Shown one piece after another: positions 28,216 through 47,635 of a DNA stretch of 64,000 nt; within the stretch, counting starts at the first letter, position 1; each line of letters opens with the position of its first letter. This DNA is from Amoebidium appalachense (Eukaryota > Protista > Ichthyosporea), in contig CAVNZM010000004.1 in NCBI GenBank assembly GCA_963693365.1, forward strand, positions 12,056,468 through 12,120,467, in the 5' to 3' direction. The notes below the pieces were generated by a model. That model saw only the letters and a list, made by a program, of their open reading frames with translations, was not told the DNA's origin and made no database searches. Made by a program: the position numbers and the translations under genes.

Positions 28216-28787
28216 ACACACACACACGCAGCCCTCCCCTCCCCCCTCTCCTCCCCCCCCCCCCCATCCACCACCACCACCACAAGTTTTTCTCTTTTTT
28301 TATTCCCCCCCCTTCCCCCCCCCCCCCTCCGCCCCTCCCCCTTCCCCCCCAAGGGGAAGAAATCGGGTATTGTGGATGATGTGGACCCCCCCTGAGGAGA
28401 GCGGCTCTGCTTATTTTTTATACTCTTTATTTGTGGTTTACACTCTGCATTGTATTTTCATTTGTGAACATGTACTTCGTACTCTGTGGGGCATTTAAAT
28501 CCCCCCTCTCCTCGCTTCCCCCCCCCTTCCCCCGCGCCCCCACCTCTCCTACCCCCCCCTCCCCCCCCCCCCCCCCCCCCCCTTGCCCCGATTCGCACCC
28601 CCCAAAAAAGGAGGGAGGGAGAAGTGTTCTCCCGCAAGGCTTTATTCCACTGCACCACTGCAAATCCCCCCTCGATCCCCCCTCCCCCCGCGCCCCCCCT
28701 TTTCCTCGCTCCTTCCACTCCACCCCTTTTCAATATCTGACAGAACACCGTGCACTTCTGCAAGCCCGTTTTCTCCCCCCCCCCCCC

Positions 28788-28829
<42 letters not shown>

Positions 28830-29171
28830 ACCCCCCCCCCCCCCCCCCCCTCCCCCTCCCCCCAACCCCGCTTGTGGATGGGCCCAACGTTTGTTGATTT
28901 GTGTGTGTTTCATGCCTTCGCCTTTGTTGTAAATCTGTACTTCGTACTGTGTCCCATATCCGTCACCTCCTGTATTATGTTGTCCGTTGTGACTGTGTAC
29001 TTCGTTCTTTGTGGCGCATTCAAACCAACCTTCCCCCTCCCCCCCCCCCCCCCCCCCCCGGGCCTTGCTCTGCCCCAAGCTCAGCAGTCAGACAGGGAGG
29101 CAAACGGAGATGCACATGCACACACTTCAACATGTCCTATAATGCACCATTCACAGCACACCCACGCTTCC

Positions 29172-29205
<34 letters not shown>

Positions 29206-30032
29206 GGGGGAGGGGGGGGGGGGCGTACTTGCAGGCAGTACACAGAGTTGTTGTATAGGTATTTGTGCGTCTGGGTTTGTGAGGGTACAACATGTTTGCA
29301 TATACGGCTGTGCATTAAATACTCACCCATGGCACCCACAAACAGACAACATCACAACATATCCACACACAGGCAAACAGACAATAACGCAACACAGACA
29401 CATACCCACAGGCACAACACCAAATACATGACTTTTGCGTGTACTCTGGCACTCCATCCCCCACACCGGACGTACAATCACGCCATTGCAAAGTGATGAT
29501 TAGAAGGGCAGTGTAATTCTCCATCTTCCATTGGCCTTTCTATGCATCCCACCCTTTTGTTCCCTCGCTTCCCTCCCCCTGCTATATGCTTCTCCCCATG
29601 CAGCCATTGTGCGCCGTTTACAACAAAAACACAGATAAATTTACTATTAGGTATAAAATCTAGATCTAACAAATTGTTATCTCCCCCAATCAGGACGCTC
29701 TACCGCCCCGCTGTAGCCACTGTGGTGACGGTGTGCTCAAACCAAACGCTACCTTATTTGGTGAGGCTCTCCCTGGAGGAGCGATTAAAGAAGCTGCGAC
29801 AAACGCGGAAAAGGCGACTTTAATCATCGTTATAGGCACCAGCGCACGAGTTAAACCCGCTTCCCATCTTCCAAAAATAGTATCACAGAAGGACGGGGCA
29901 GTTATCGAACTAAATCGGGAAAGAACAGGTTTGACGAACCACGTTACGGATGTGTTTGTGGAGGGGAAGGCCGGGGAGATTCTACCGTTAGTGGTGGAGG
30001 AGGTAAAGAGGTTACGAAGCAAAGCCTTGTGA
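27305..30032 (+). CDS. NAD+-dependent deacylase (sirtuin, CobB/class III-U-like), 2 exons
   Basis: Exons 27305-27904 (GAG|GTTAGT) and 29694-30032. Motifs: LTGAGVSQESGVPTFR, PNAAH, TQNVDGLHQTAG, EYHGN, CRGC...CSHC zinc site, KPNATLFGE, IGTS, ELN. Confidence 0.95.
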
Positions 30033-30357
30033 AACGGATGCTGTGCGAGGAGTGGACTCAGCGCCATTAATGCTTAGTATGGCGGTGACATGTTGATCAT
30101 GTTGTGTGTTATTGAATGACTATAGGAAATAGAAACACTGAGCCTGAATGTTGCGTGGCACGGCCATGGGAATCTTTCTCTTTTGGTTTGTCTTCCGGCC
30201 CAACCCGTTCCTTGTTTTCCTTGGGCACCTGTGATATTTATATCCCTTAGCTGTGCTTTGGACTCTACCAGTAGGGACCAAGAATAGGTGTGTGTGTGTG
30301 TGCACAGATGTTTCAGCCACATTTTGGCCGTGTGTGTTGCACGTGCTTGCCTGCATA

Positions 30358-30411
<54 letters not shown>

Positions 30412-30567
30412 AGACAAAAAGTTGTCGCTAGTGACCAAGTATATACATGTATGCAACAAGTATAGTGCTTTGATGTGGTGTTTAGTAAAGCTGTATTCGT
30501 GTCTTTCTCCATACTGTTTATGTAATCCGTAATGTTATCTTTTTTTGTTTCTTTTTGGCCGGGGGCC

Positions 30568-30621
<54 letters not shown>

Positions 30622-31524
30622 TTTTTCTGGCAGGAAATTTGGCTGCTCTAGATTCAATTCTGACAATGTGCATATTTATTTGACCGCATGAAGAATGAAG
30701 GTGTACATACAGTGAAAACATGCAGATCTATCAGAGAGTAAATGTGTGGTTCACAACAGTTGCTAGCCTATCGTATATTCCTCTAATTATCAACTATTGT
30801 ACGCATACGTAAACAGAGTAAAAATGACTAAACATCTCAGTGTTTGTCTACGCACGCGTACATGTTCACCTCTAGAAACCCCTCCCTCCCCTCTGGGGCC
30901 CCGAGGCAAAACATGCACATTTAACGGTTGAATTTCGCCGCCGTCACGGTCACTGGTAACTGTGTATCGTTAGCAGGTCCACATTAGTGGAGATAGTGGA
31001 GATACAGCCGAGTTATATGTGTGCACCCTTCAGTTGTAACTGAACCGTCGCCTTTTCAGCTGGTTGTTGGGAGAGGGGGGGGGGGGGGGGGGGGGGGGGG
31101 GAGGGGGGAGGGACTGAGCAGTAGCTAGGCCATTGGATGAAAGGCTATGGCAGGCTGAGCCGGTCACAACCGTAGGAGATGGGTCTTGAGAATGCGGTCA
31201 ATGCAAACGATGGCATGCATTAAGGGGAGCTCATATGGAGGAAGGAGTTCTAGGAAGACTGGGGTAGGCATAATTCGATACACATGTGCACAACTTCGGT
31301 AGGTGCACACAAGCACAGCCTGTGGCCATTCATTCGACGGTCGAAATGATAAAAACATAATTACAGCTACAGCCCAATGGCATAGAGGGTAAAAATAAAC
31401 GCTCGGGGTAATGCCTAGCATCCTTTCGTGAAAACGTGACATTTATGTTCTTGTACAAAACGTAACCAGTACGACCCCCTATTCCCGCCTAAGACATAGA
31501 CGCGCACACCCACCGGCACAAAAC

Positions 31525-31577
<53 letters not shown>

Positions 31578-31747
31578 ACCACCACCACCCACCCACCCAC
31601 CCACCCACCACCACCAGTTTCACACACAAACACAAACACGCATACACGCACACGCACACAACGCACTCGCACCTGCAGGAATATACAACCGCTGCTCGTA
31701 ACCACATCAAGCATCCTACGCAACCCTCGCCCCTGCACCGCCAACAT

Positions 31748-31851
31748 CAAACTATCATGCTGTTTGCAAGCAACAAAACGAACAAAGGGACCCATCCACA
31801 AACTATCATGCTGTTTGCAAGCAACAAAACGAACAGAGGGACCCATCCACA
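31748..31851. repeat. 51-bp tandem duplication (one mismatch)
   Basis: caaactatcatgctgtttgcaagcaacaaaacgaaca(a/g)agggacccatcca x2. Confidence 0.9.
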
Positions 31852-32094
31852 TTCGGCAATCCAAGAGCAGCATCAGAACTCTCACAAACCCACCCCAAAC
31901 ACAACACAAACGGATTCATGTCTCAACCCTCCCCCCCCCCCCCCCCTTTCCTCCTCCTCCCCCGCACCACCACCACTACCACCCACCCATCCAACCCTTC
32001 CTTCCCCCTCCCCCCCCCCCCCCCCCCCCCCCCCCCCACACACACACACCCGAGACCCTTAACGTCTCTCACTCTCTCTCCCTCACCCCACCCC

Positions 32095-32133
<39 letters not shown>

Positions 32134-32221
32134 TCCCCCCCCCTCAACCACCACCACCACCACCAAAAAAAAAAAAAAGGAAAGAAAGAAAAAAAGACAC
32201 ATGCACATACACACACACACC

Positions 32222-32575
32222 CTACTTTGCAGGCTTGGGCTTGGTCCTACTCGTGCTCTCCTTCAGTTTCCTCTCCAAATGTTCTCTCTGGTGCTCCTTC
32301 AAATTCCCCGTAGCCATGGTCGTCATTTTGGTCTTGTGCTGTTGTCTCGCATCCTTTTTCGCATCACCCCCACACCCATGCTCCTCACTTAACCTATGTT
32401 GCGTGCAGTAGTTAAGGTGGCAGAATTTGCATGAATGGGCAATCATAAGCGAGTTTTTACACCCGCTTACTCCGCATTTTGAAACCCCGAACTGGGCCTC
32501 TGCAATCAGACGGTCAAAATCGTCATCTTCGTCAGCTGGTTTTGGTGGTGGTTGTGTTGGTTTTTTCGGTCCCAT
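32222..32575 (-). CDS. Small AN1-type zinc finger protein, 117 aa
   Basis: CGVSGC...CKFCHLNYCTQHRLSEEHGC matches the AN1 pattern. Single coding exon with a CTGAC...CAG acceptor 14 nt upstream of the ATG. Confidence 0.88.
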   Translation of the reverse strand: MGPKKPTQPPPKPADEDDDFDRLIAEAQFGVSKCGVSGCKNSLMIAHSCKFCHLNYCTQHRLSEEHGCGGDAKKDARQQHKTKMTTMATGNLKEHQREHLERKLKESTSRTKPKPAK

Positions 32576-32876
32576 TTTGAAGAATTTATCTGTGGGGGGT
32601 GTGGGCGGTGTCAGTAGATATTCATGGGTGGAAGTGCGTGTTTGTGTGCAAGAGCGCGTGCTCTTGTGTGTGTGAAACGTGCATATGCGCTTGCGTCACA
32701 CCCGAGGGAGAGCGAGAGATAGGGCACAAGGGTGTACTGCGGAAAAAAAGTTCAAGAATGTGTGTGTGTGTGTGTGTGTGGGCGTGTGCGTGCGTGTGTG
32801 TGTGTGTATGTGTGTGTGCGCATGTGCTTGTGTGCCTATGTGCATGTGTGTGTGTGTGAGTGTTTGTGTTTGTGTT

Positions 32877-32928
<52 letters not shown>

Positions 32929-33334
32929 CAGTGTGTTTGTGTGTGTGTGTGTGTGTGTGAATCATTTATGCGGTTTGTGTCAAACTTGCTTTGATTGAGA
33001 AAGAGCAAGAGAGAGGAAAAGTGCAAGAGACTACACAAAGAGAAAGAATAAAGTGCGAAACAGCAAGCGTGTGTAGGGGTGGGTATTGTGTGTACACCGT
33101 GGGTGTGGGTGTTGTGTATGTACATTTCCTTGTGTTCATGTTCTCACGTATTCAAGGAAAATCTCCTTCTTTCCCTTTTCTTCCTGTCTTTCTATTCTTT
33201 CTTTCTTTCTTTTTCGTGGGTGACCGGACGGAGGGGGGAGGGAGGAGAAAGCAGGAAAAGTTATTAGCCCAAAAGGCGGGATGAGATCCAAAGGGGAAAA
33301 TATAGCGCGAGAGGGGGAGGGGAGGGGAGGGGGG

Positions 33335-33368
<34 letters not shown>

Positions 33369-35689
33369 AGGCTAAGGCAAGAGTGTGATGCTTCATTGAG
33401 AGAGCGAGAGAGGACGGGGGTTGGGGGCGGAGGGGGGGGGTTAGCAAGGGTGGAGGGGGGTGGGGGGGTGGGGGGGTGGGGGGAGGGGGCGGGGATGAGG
33501 GGGGGATGAAGACATGAAGACTAGACGTGACGGTGGGTTTTCACAAGAATGGTCAGTGAGTCGACAGAAGTCCATGGGCCAGAGGAGAAGTAGAGTGCAA
33601 AACCGAGTGGAAGAGGGAGAGCCCCAATTACTACCGACAAGCCACAAAAGATCTAGGAAAAAAAATTGTGTGGAAAAAAAAGGCGCTGTGGCTTGGGAGC
33701 GATCGAGTTAGAAGGGCAGGGTTGGAACAGGGAGGGTCAAAGGTGGGTGTGAAGAAGAGAGAACGGGGGGAGAGGGGGAGAGGGGGGGAGGACGAACACA
33801 GAAGAAGGGCTTGGTAATGCGATATCAGGAATGACGGGGATGTAAGAGGGAGGTGGGGGGGGGGGAGGGGGGGGGGGGAGAAAGGGGGGGAGTGGGGTGG
33901 CGGGGAGGGAGGGAAAGAAAAAGAGAGGGGGAGGGGGAGGAGGGGGAGAGGGGCGGGAGAGAGAGCGAGGGAGAAAGGGAGGGAGAGGAAGAGAGTGAGA
34001 GTAAGAGCAAGAAAGTGAGAGAAAGAGAGAGGTAGGGAGGAAGCGAGAGGGGATCGGAGGGGCACGGAGGGGCCAAAGAAAGAATCAAGAATGGGGAAAG
34101 CAGAAGGTTAGGGGGAATTTGTTGAAAGAGGTTTGTGTTCTGTGTTCCTCAGATGTATCTGTGCTTGTGCGCCAAACCTGCGTCCAAAGATGTGCCAGTA
34201 GACGAGAGCATAAAAATCGGAGTTGAATTGGAGGTTATGCGTGGGGAGGGCGGCCTTTTTTGGGGGGGGGGGGGGGAGGGTGGAGGGTGGGGAGGGGGCG
34301 AGGGAAGTGGAGGGGGGGTGGGGGGGGGAACACACCAGCACCAGAAGCTCTACCAAGGTACTCTCTCCTTTATACTGCAATCTTATTTAACAACTCAAGT
34401 AGTAGTGACGGCCCTCTGGAACACGAAAGTACTACAATAGTATGATATGTTACGGTTCCGGTACTGGTGCAAGTCATAAAGTTTACCTAACTGGCTAAAA
34501 GCAGGCGGCCGTGACGTTGGCGCCAAATCGTCCAAATATCAGGCCCCGGCTAATATCAAGAACGGGGAAGCACTTATAGTTTCTCAGTACTTATACCTAG
34601 GTGGCCAGATATCGTGTGTGTGTCTGTCTCTCCCTCTACATCTTTGTGTGTATGTACAGTGTACGGTGTGTAACCATGTATCATAATGTGTGTAACACGG
34701 TGTTTTCATGTGTATGTATGCGTGTGCATGTGCGTGTGACGTGTGTGTGGTGCTGGTGGTGGTAGTGGTGACGTGTATGTATGTGTGTGCGTGGGAGGGG
34801 GAGGGGGGGGGGGGGGGGGGGGGGGGGAGGGATTCAGGCCAGTGACGTACCCTAGTGAACCGTCTCAGTGGGTGTGCTTCATTTTACTAATATATCGGCC
34901 GTATATATACAAATACAACGTTCAGGCAATCCTCCCATCGTGACTCAGCCAAAGAAAACAACATGTACACAGAGACCAATTTCTGGTTTTTAGTAACCGT
35001 ATGGGAAACAGTGCGTCAACAGTGTTCCCATGTTGAATTAAAAGGATACCCATGTTCATGGTGTTTATGTGCAATCTATCTACCCATTCGAAGCAGAGTA
35101 TAAAATAAAAAACAGCAGCTATGAACTGCAACGAATTCTAAAATATATGTAGCAATATACAAAATGAATTAATGGAACGCTCTGCCGCAGGCACGAAAAT
35201 ACATGAGCATTTCCACTAACATGGCAAAAAAACACAACATTTCATGTAAACCTGATCTGAAACTTATCTCTTTATACCGTTGACTCAGAGGTGCAATGAA
35301 ACGCAACACACGGCAAGATGTTAGCAAAATAACCTAAATCAAAATTTAAAGATCAATTTGCCTCAAATAAAGTAAGTAGGCCAACGTGAAACCAAACTGC
35401 GATTACTAATCAATGATTACATCCAATTCAAGAAAATTGCAAAGTACAAAACGTCTTCTACTATAACAGCTGAAGATTATTTCGACAATAACAGCGACCC
35501 TTACACAAGGGTAGCAAGGCTTTTAATAATACAATACTGCTATACTGGGAGTATCAACGTAGGAGACCCCCCCCCTCCCCCACCCCCCCCCGGCGCGCAC
35601 ACAAAAGGAGACCTAAGTTCTGATGTAACCAGCCAACTTAGCGACAACCTATAGGTATCTATACACATGTCGTCACATTTGAGACGCGA

Positions 35690-41215
<5,526 letters not shown>

Positions 41216-43926
41216 GATTGAAAATTGCTGAGGCTAGCTGTAGGAGGCTGGGTCTAGCTGAGAGGTACCAGAAGAAAGAAGCCACCCGGCTGCATAGGAG
41301 GAGGGGGTAAAATGGAAAGGGGAAAAGGATTCAGTATATATATTTCAGTGAGATTACCGGTCTTGAGGGAAGTGTTCTAACGCCGGGGGGAGGGGGGGGG
41401 GTATATTGCGTAGAAGGGGGTGGCGGGGGGAGGGGGGCGGGAGGGGGGTCAGATTGTGTTATAGAGTACGAAGTACACATTGACGCCGGACAACACATGC
41501 AAAGTGCAAAGCACATATAGAGAGCGTGTGTCAAAGGGGGGGGGGGGGGGGGGAGGGGGAAGAGGGGGGGGGGGGGGGGGGGGGGGGGAGGGTAAGGTTG
41601 TTCTTATTTAAGTATCATCTGTGGGTGCAAGCGCGTTTGCCGAGAGGGCACATGAGTCGTGCAGCCATAAATGTAGGCTTCTCGTGGCTTACACTGCAGG
41701 GTTTCATAATTCCACAGATAGCCCTACACCATTACAGAATGTAGGAGAGAACACAAAGGGGTCGAAACAACAGAGGATGAATTTCTTATTTTCAAAACGT
41801 GTGTGCGAGTAAGTGCGTTTTGCACAAGGGTTTGCATATGTGGGCTTAACGGCACGCTTGCACAACCGCTTTGCACAGCAATTGAGCGTAGAAAACAGTG
41901 CTAGCGTGCTGATAGAGATGGGTGTGCATGCACACAACTTTGAGATGCACGCGCACACACCCGCACAGGTGGGCATACAACCATACTCACTTATAATTGT
42001 GGGGTCACACGCACACCTGGCAAAGAGGCCTTGGGGCAGATCGCTGAACGATGCATACATACCTGCACGGTTTTTCAAAAACCGCTTACACTTGACTTCC
42101 ATTCACCAGTAACATAGGTTGGATTCCTAGGCTTTGGTGTGCCCTCATAAGTAGTGGGGAAGGTGCGTGTCTAAGCTCTTGGTGTAAGTGTACGTAGTCA
42201 TGTAGAGCACAAACAGGCTGCAGAGTATTAAAAAACTAGTACTGGTGTTATTTTGCGGGTGGGAGAAACGAGCAGGGATGAGAAAAGGGATGCCATGCAA
42301 TGAGTGGACTCTGATGATGCCAGTTGGGAGACTAAAGGGGGGGAGGGGGGGGGGGGGGGGAGACAGGAGGGGAGGGGGACAAGAGGAGGAGGGGGGCGGG
42401 AGGTTTAGGGAGAGAGGGGGGGGGGGGGGGGGGGGGGTGAGGGAGGGAGGGGACTTACATGAATAGAAACTCTTTTAGTGCAGTGCATGTGTAGAACTTT
42501 TCATCGAGCTGAACCCGGCCAGCAAAAGCTCACCAGGCCTTCACACGATGTTAACCTTCTATTCTATTTCAGCGTTCTCCTAGGCTTCAAGACGTACCCA
42601 TGTCCCTCTAGCAGTCTCAACAACTATGTTATAATGGCCTTATGCCTCCACTCTGTATATACTTTTCGTACCACGCTTTCCTGACTGACTAGCCTGAGTA
42701 CGCTTGAGAAAAGTGCCCGCAAACTCAGGTCCGAGCCGACTCACTGTGGGCGAGTCATGACTCATGAGCCATAACTCTTACGGCGGCAAATCCAGCCAAT
42801 CAAACAAATCCGCAATCTGTCAAATCTCTATTTATGGAAGGTAGCACTCCTTTTATGGTGCTGGCATTCTGCAGCATTCTTGTGCCCGTTCGCAGATGCC
42901 TCACTCCTACTGTACCTACATGTAATTACAGAGTTGGGGACGGGCTCGTAGACGGTAGTTGTATGTATTTCTTATCTGCTTCCAAGCATCTGCTCAGTTA
43001 GCAAAAAAAATTGGTTCCAGTGGTGATGTGACAAACATGCTGGTGCTCCTCCCGCCTAGATCTTGAAAATGCTGTGCATCAATGATCAATATATGATCAT
43101 CAGTGAAGATCCACGGACCACGGATTAAAATACCATGGCCATTTTCTTCTGTCACCAACAAATACAATGCACGGAAGGACGTACAGCTTTGCTGACATTC
43201 TCACCAAGTCCATGCTTTGTGCTGCCCACAACAAACACCGGTGTAACGAATCCAGACTTTTCTAACCGTTATTAGCCCCTCCCCTCCCACGGCCCTCCCG
43301 CGGCCAGGAGCCTAGGGGTCCCATCCTCACGAGCCTGCCCCCCTTTGCCCTCTTTGCTAATCACAGCCCTGCACAGTGTGTAATGTGTGTGTGTGTGTGT
43401 GTGTGCGTGTGTGTGTGCGTGTGTGTGTGCATGCGCACACCTGTGTGCGTATGTGTGTGTGCGCGCACGCGTGTCTGTGTGTGTGTGTGTTTGTGTGTGT
43501 GTGTTTGTGTTTTTGTGTGTGTATATATATGTGTGTGTGTGTTCCGTCACGTGTGGTGTATGTGTGATACGTGTGTGTGTGCCTATTTGTGTTTGTATGT
43601 GTGTATAACCAGTGCATTGTGTGCGTGCGTGTGTGTGTGGCGCTGTGTGTGGGTGAGTGGGTGTATGTGTGTGTGGGTGTGCTGTAACATGTTCACGTGT
43701 GTGCCACGTACTGTAAGTTGAGGTTAGACCGGAGAGGGGGAGGGAGGGGAGGACGGGGGGAGCGAAAGATGGGCACGGGGTGGGTGGAGGGAAGGGGGGG
43801 GATGGGTTTTTTTTTTTCTTTTTTCTTTTGTTCTTTTTTCTTTCTTTTTCTCTCTCTCTCTCTCTCTCTCCCTCTCTCTCTCTCTTTTTTTTTTTTTTTT
43901 TTGAGGGTGTGTGTGTGTTTTTTTTT

Positions 43927-43971
<45 letters not shown>

Positions 43972-44984
43972 GAGAAGGAGGGGATGCTCTGAGAAACAAG
44001 ACACTGTGTTTACTGTGGCAAATTAGAGCATTTGAATTTACTTTTCCGCGAGTTCCGTAAGGCCTCCCCTTATAACAATCGACCAGTCCGCACGGCAAGA
44101 CAGCACAACCCACTGCATTCATCTCTTTCGACAACCTTTTGCAGCTATAGCCATACTGAACGGTAGGACATTATGAAATATCGAGACATCTCCCAGGCTA
44201 AGCTTTTTACGTAATGGGAAACTTTGAATTCGCAAGCTACTACAGCCATACCCATCCCGGTCTTCCATCTGCCAGCATAAGTTAAACAGTGTCGTGTGTT
44301 TTCTGCGCTACAACAGTTAACACAGGTAAACAATGCCGAGATATAGTCCCCGACAATATCAACGACTGTATCACATACCCCTAATTAGTTGATATAGTTG
44401 CCACCTATCACAACACCTATATGGCTAAGCGATTGATAGGTGGTTGTATTGTTGCAACTATATCAATACAGGTATAGGTGCTGTGATAGACTGCGTCAAA
44501 AACACGAACACGTGAAATGGTTTTGATATAGACACACTTATACCACACTGGTTTTTTTTGTGACAAGGCATGGAGTCATGGGCTGTGCAATATGCACAAG
44601 CTATTGCACAACGTGTAACTGGTGGTGTTTTTATATGGACCAACATAACCAGCGCAAATTCTCTAAATGGTATTCGGTGAATCAGGCCTCCTAAATAATA
44701 GGACCAATTTCGCTACGTAACATAAGTCAACCGTTTGTCTTCTTGCTTCTTATTCAATCACATAATAACTTGAGCCCCTTTAATAATCGTAACGCAAACT
44801 AAACAAACGCCGTATCAGTGACGAATACATGATACGAAGAAAGGCCCATCATCAACATCTTGAACTTTTTTTAACAACCACACCGGAAGGTCAATTTAGA
44901 GCCAGTTTTCTTACAACAGTAGTAGTGTTGCTCAGACCATGGCTACGACAAGCCACGGTGTTTTGGCACTGTGGTGGCACCAAA

Positions 44985-47516
44985 TCACGATGCATCACTC
45001 GATAGTATATTGTTGCCACGTTCCTTCAGTGTAGCCAGGAAAACCTTGTAGAATATCGCATTCAGTAACCCCGCCATATTCGCAAGAATAACCGCCGCCA
45101 CGCTAAAGCCATGATGGTTTTGGCGTTTTGTCGTGACCAAGAAATTGTACACAGCCCAGGGGGTCCATTCGATGATGAAAATCAGCACAAATCCGTTCAT
45201 GAAGGCGGCCAATCGTCTCTGGCGCTGAGCAGATCGCTCCATATGATTGGGCACTCGGAGCAGGTTAGGGACGATAAGAGTGGTAGAATTTACCCCTGCG
45301 GGAGAGGCGGGGTCCATGGATGGGCTGGCTGTGGGGTTGGACGAGGGGGGCTCTATGGAATTTTCACCACCGCAGGCGGGGATGGTGGCATTCACGGTAT
45401 AAGTATCGTCATCAGACCAATTGGGCTTGTTGGGGCAGGAAGATGTCAGGCCATAGGGGGTTGCGGATTGCTCCTGTGACGTCGTCATGGGATTAAGGGA
45501 GTCGATGGATGGGTAGACGGATTCTGGGCCGTCCTCGATAGGTGCCTGTGAGTTGAGGGGCGCCGGGGGAGGTTGGGGAGGGGGCGGGGGTGGGGGGAGG
45601 GGGGAGGGGGGAGGGGGAGGAAGGGGATCAGCACGGTAGAGCGAAGAAAAAATCAAGCTGAAGCGTCATGCGACAAGGGCATCCGATATTTCTCTCTCTA
45701 AAGGCTCTCAAACTCACGCAATGGACGGCGAGTTAATTTGAAAATGTCTTAGGTACCGGGGTGGGCAGGGTGTGGGATGGCGGGGCTGCGGTGGAAAGCC
45801 CTGTCTAAAGCTGACACAAGTGCGCTTAGAATATGAAGTTTCAGATTCTGTTGTCTGACTAAGGGAATGGGCACAGGTATATTTCGCATGCTCGTGTTTT
45901 AATTTTCCACAAGAAATGGAACTCACAAAGTTACTGCTGAGATGACAAAATGCTGCTCGTATTGGAAGTGAGACAACCTTCAATATTATGAATAATTATC
46001 ACAACTTTGGTGAACTGAGAAAAAGATAGATCTGGGTGTGAATTCATAATTCAGGAAGGTGTGAAATCGGCGTGAGAGGAGAAGGTGCCGGGGGGAACGG
46101 GGGGGGGGGGGGGGGGGGGGGGGATGGGGGGGGGGATTGGTATTCGCCTTTGCTTCTGGCAGTGCTTCTCCTTCCTTTCATGATCAGTCTCCTCGGTGAT
46201 TTCTTTTTGTGTTTGTACGTGTGCACCCGTGTGCGTACATGTGTGTGCATTTTCCCCCCCCTTTTTTTTATTATTTTTTTTTCCTTTTTCTTTTCTGGGA
46301 GGGGGGGGTGGGGGAGGGGGGAGGCACCTCAATCGCAAACTTGGGTGCCGATGTGGTGCACACTGCCCTTTCCGGAGGGTCTGATTCAGCATATGAAGAT
46401 CCAACCTCCTTCATTTCGATGTCGGATTGCTCGGGACAAACCAATACTCCTATCTCGTTTGGAATAGGAGGGTGATTGGGCTCAATGGTTGCGATTTGCT
46501 CTGTATTTTCATCGAACGGCATATCAGATGGAGATCCGATCCGATTAATTGTCATCGACGGTGCTCTGCGATTGCGCACTTGTTCAGATGCACATGTTTT
46601 CGACCGGAATTTTGCGGACATACGCAGGCGACACGTGGTGAGAACATAGCACGTGACACTGATAACGAGGGAGAGGCAGATGAACCCCAGGTTGTATAGT
46701 ATCCCCACCCAGGCAGGCTGTGCGGTGGAGATCCCACACCACGATCCTGCCCTGTGTCGCCGAGAAAAAGAAAGGGTGAGGCGGGGCGGGGGCGGGGGGG
46801 GGGGGGGGGGGGGGGGGGGAGAGGAGGGGTGGGGATGGAGAGAAGGATTTTGGGGGGGAGAGGGGGGCGGGAGGGCAAATGCAGTTAGAGTTATGTCTCA
46901 TAGTGGAGACAAGCTAGTTGAGTTTACTCTCAGCAGTAAGTACATATTTAAGGAAATTGCATGCCACGCTCACGTGAAGGGGAAAGGGTGAGGGGTGGGT
47001 GGCGGAGGTGGCACGCGAGGGTCTGGGGAGGCGAGGGGGGGAGGGGGGGAGGGGGTCCCGAGGGGGGGGGGGGAGTTGAAGAATGGAAGGGGGGGGGGGG
47101 GGGGGAGGGAGGAGGGAGGGTAAAGGGGAGGGGGAGAAAGGAGGTGAGGGGGGGGGGGGGGGGGAGGGGGGGGACGTGCATTGGGGAAGGCTGCCCAGAA
47201 GGAAGACGGGCCCAGGGGAGAGGAGGAAGAATTACAACCAACAGTTTTGAACTATATTGTACCGTAACGCCTTGCGCTTTCCGAGGTAAACGTTACATTG
47301 TATTCGTTGACAATACATGAATGTGTTACCACTTCCTTTATGTTTGACCCCTGTGAACCCCAATAAAAGTAGTGTGTGGTGTGCACCGTGAGTTGCCCAA
47401 GAAATCTGGAAAGTCGAAAGGCTCTTTTCTTCCCTCAGACTACTACTACTACTCTCTCTCTCAGATTTGGTAACTTGTGTATAAGTGAGTGAATTGATGC
47501 GCGGGCATGTGTTTGT

Positions 47517-47568
<52 letters not shown>

Positions 47569-47599
47569 CATGTGTGTGTGTGTGTGTGTGTGTGCGTTG

Positions 47600-47635
<36 letters not shown>

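Noticed and set aside
20247-31851. Short direct repeats (17, 24, 51 bp) as CRISPR-like arrays
   Set aside because: Head-to-tail duplications without spacers, in a eukaryotic context with no cas genes.
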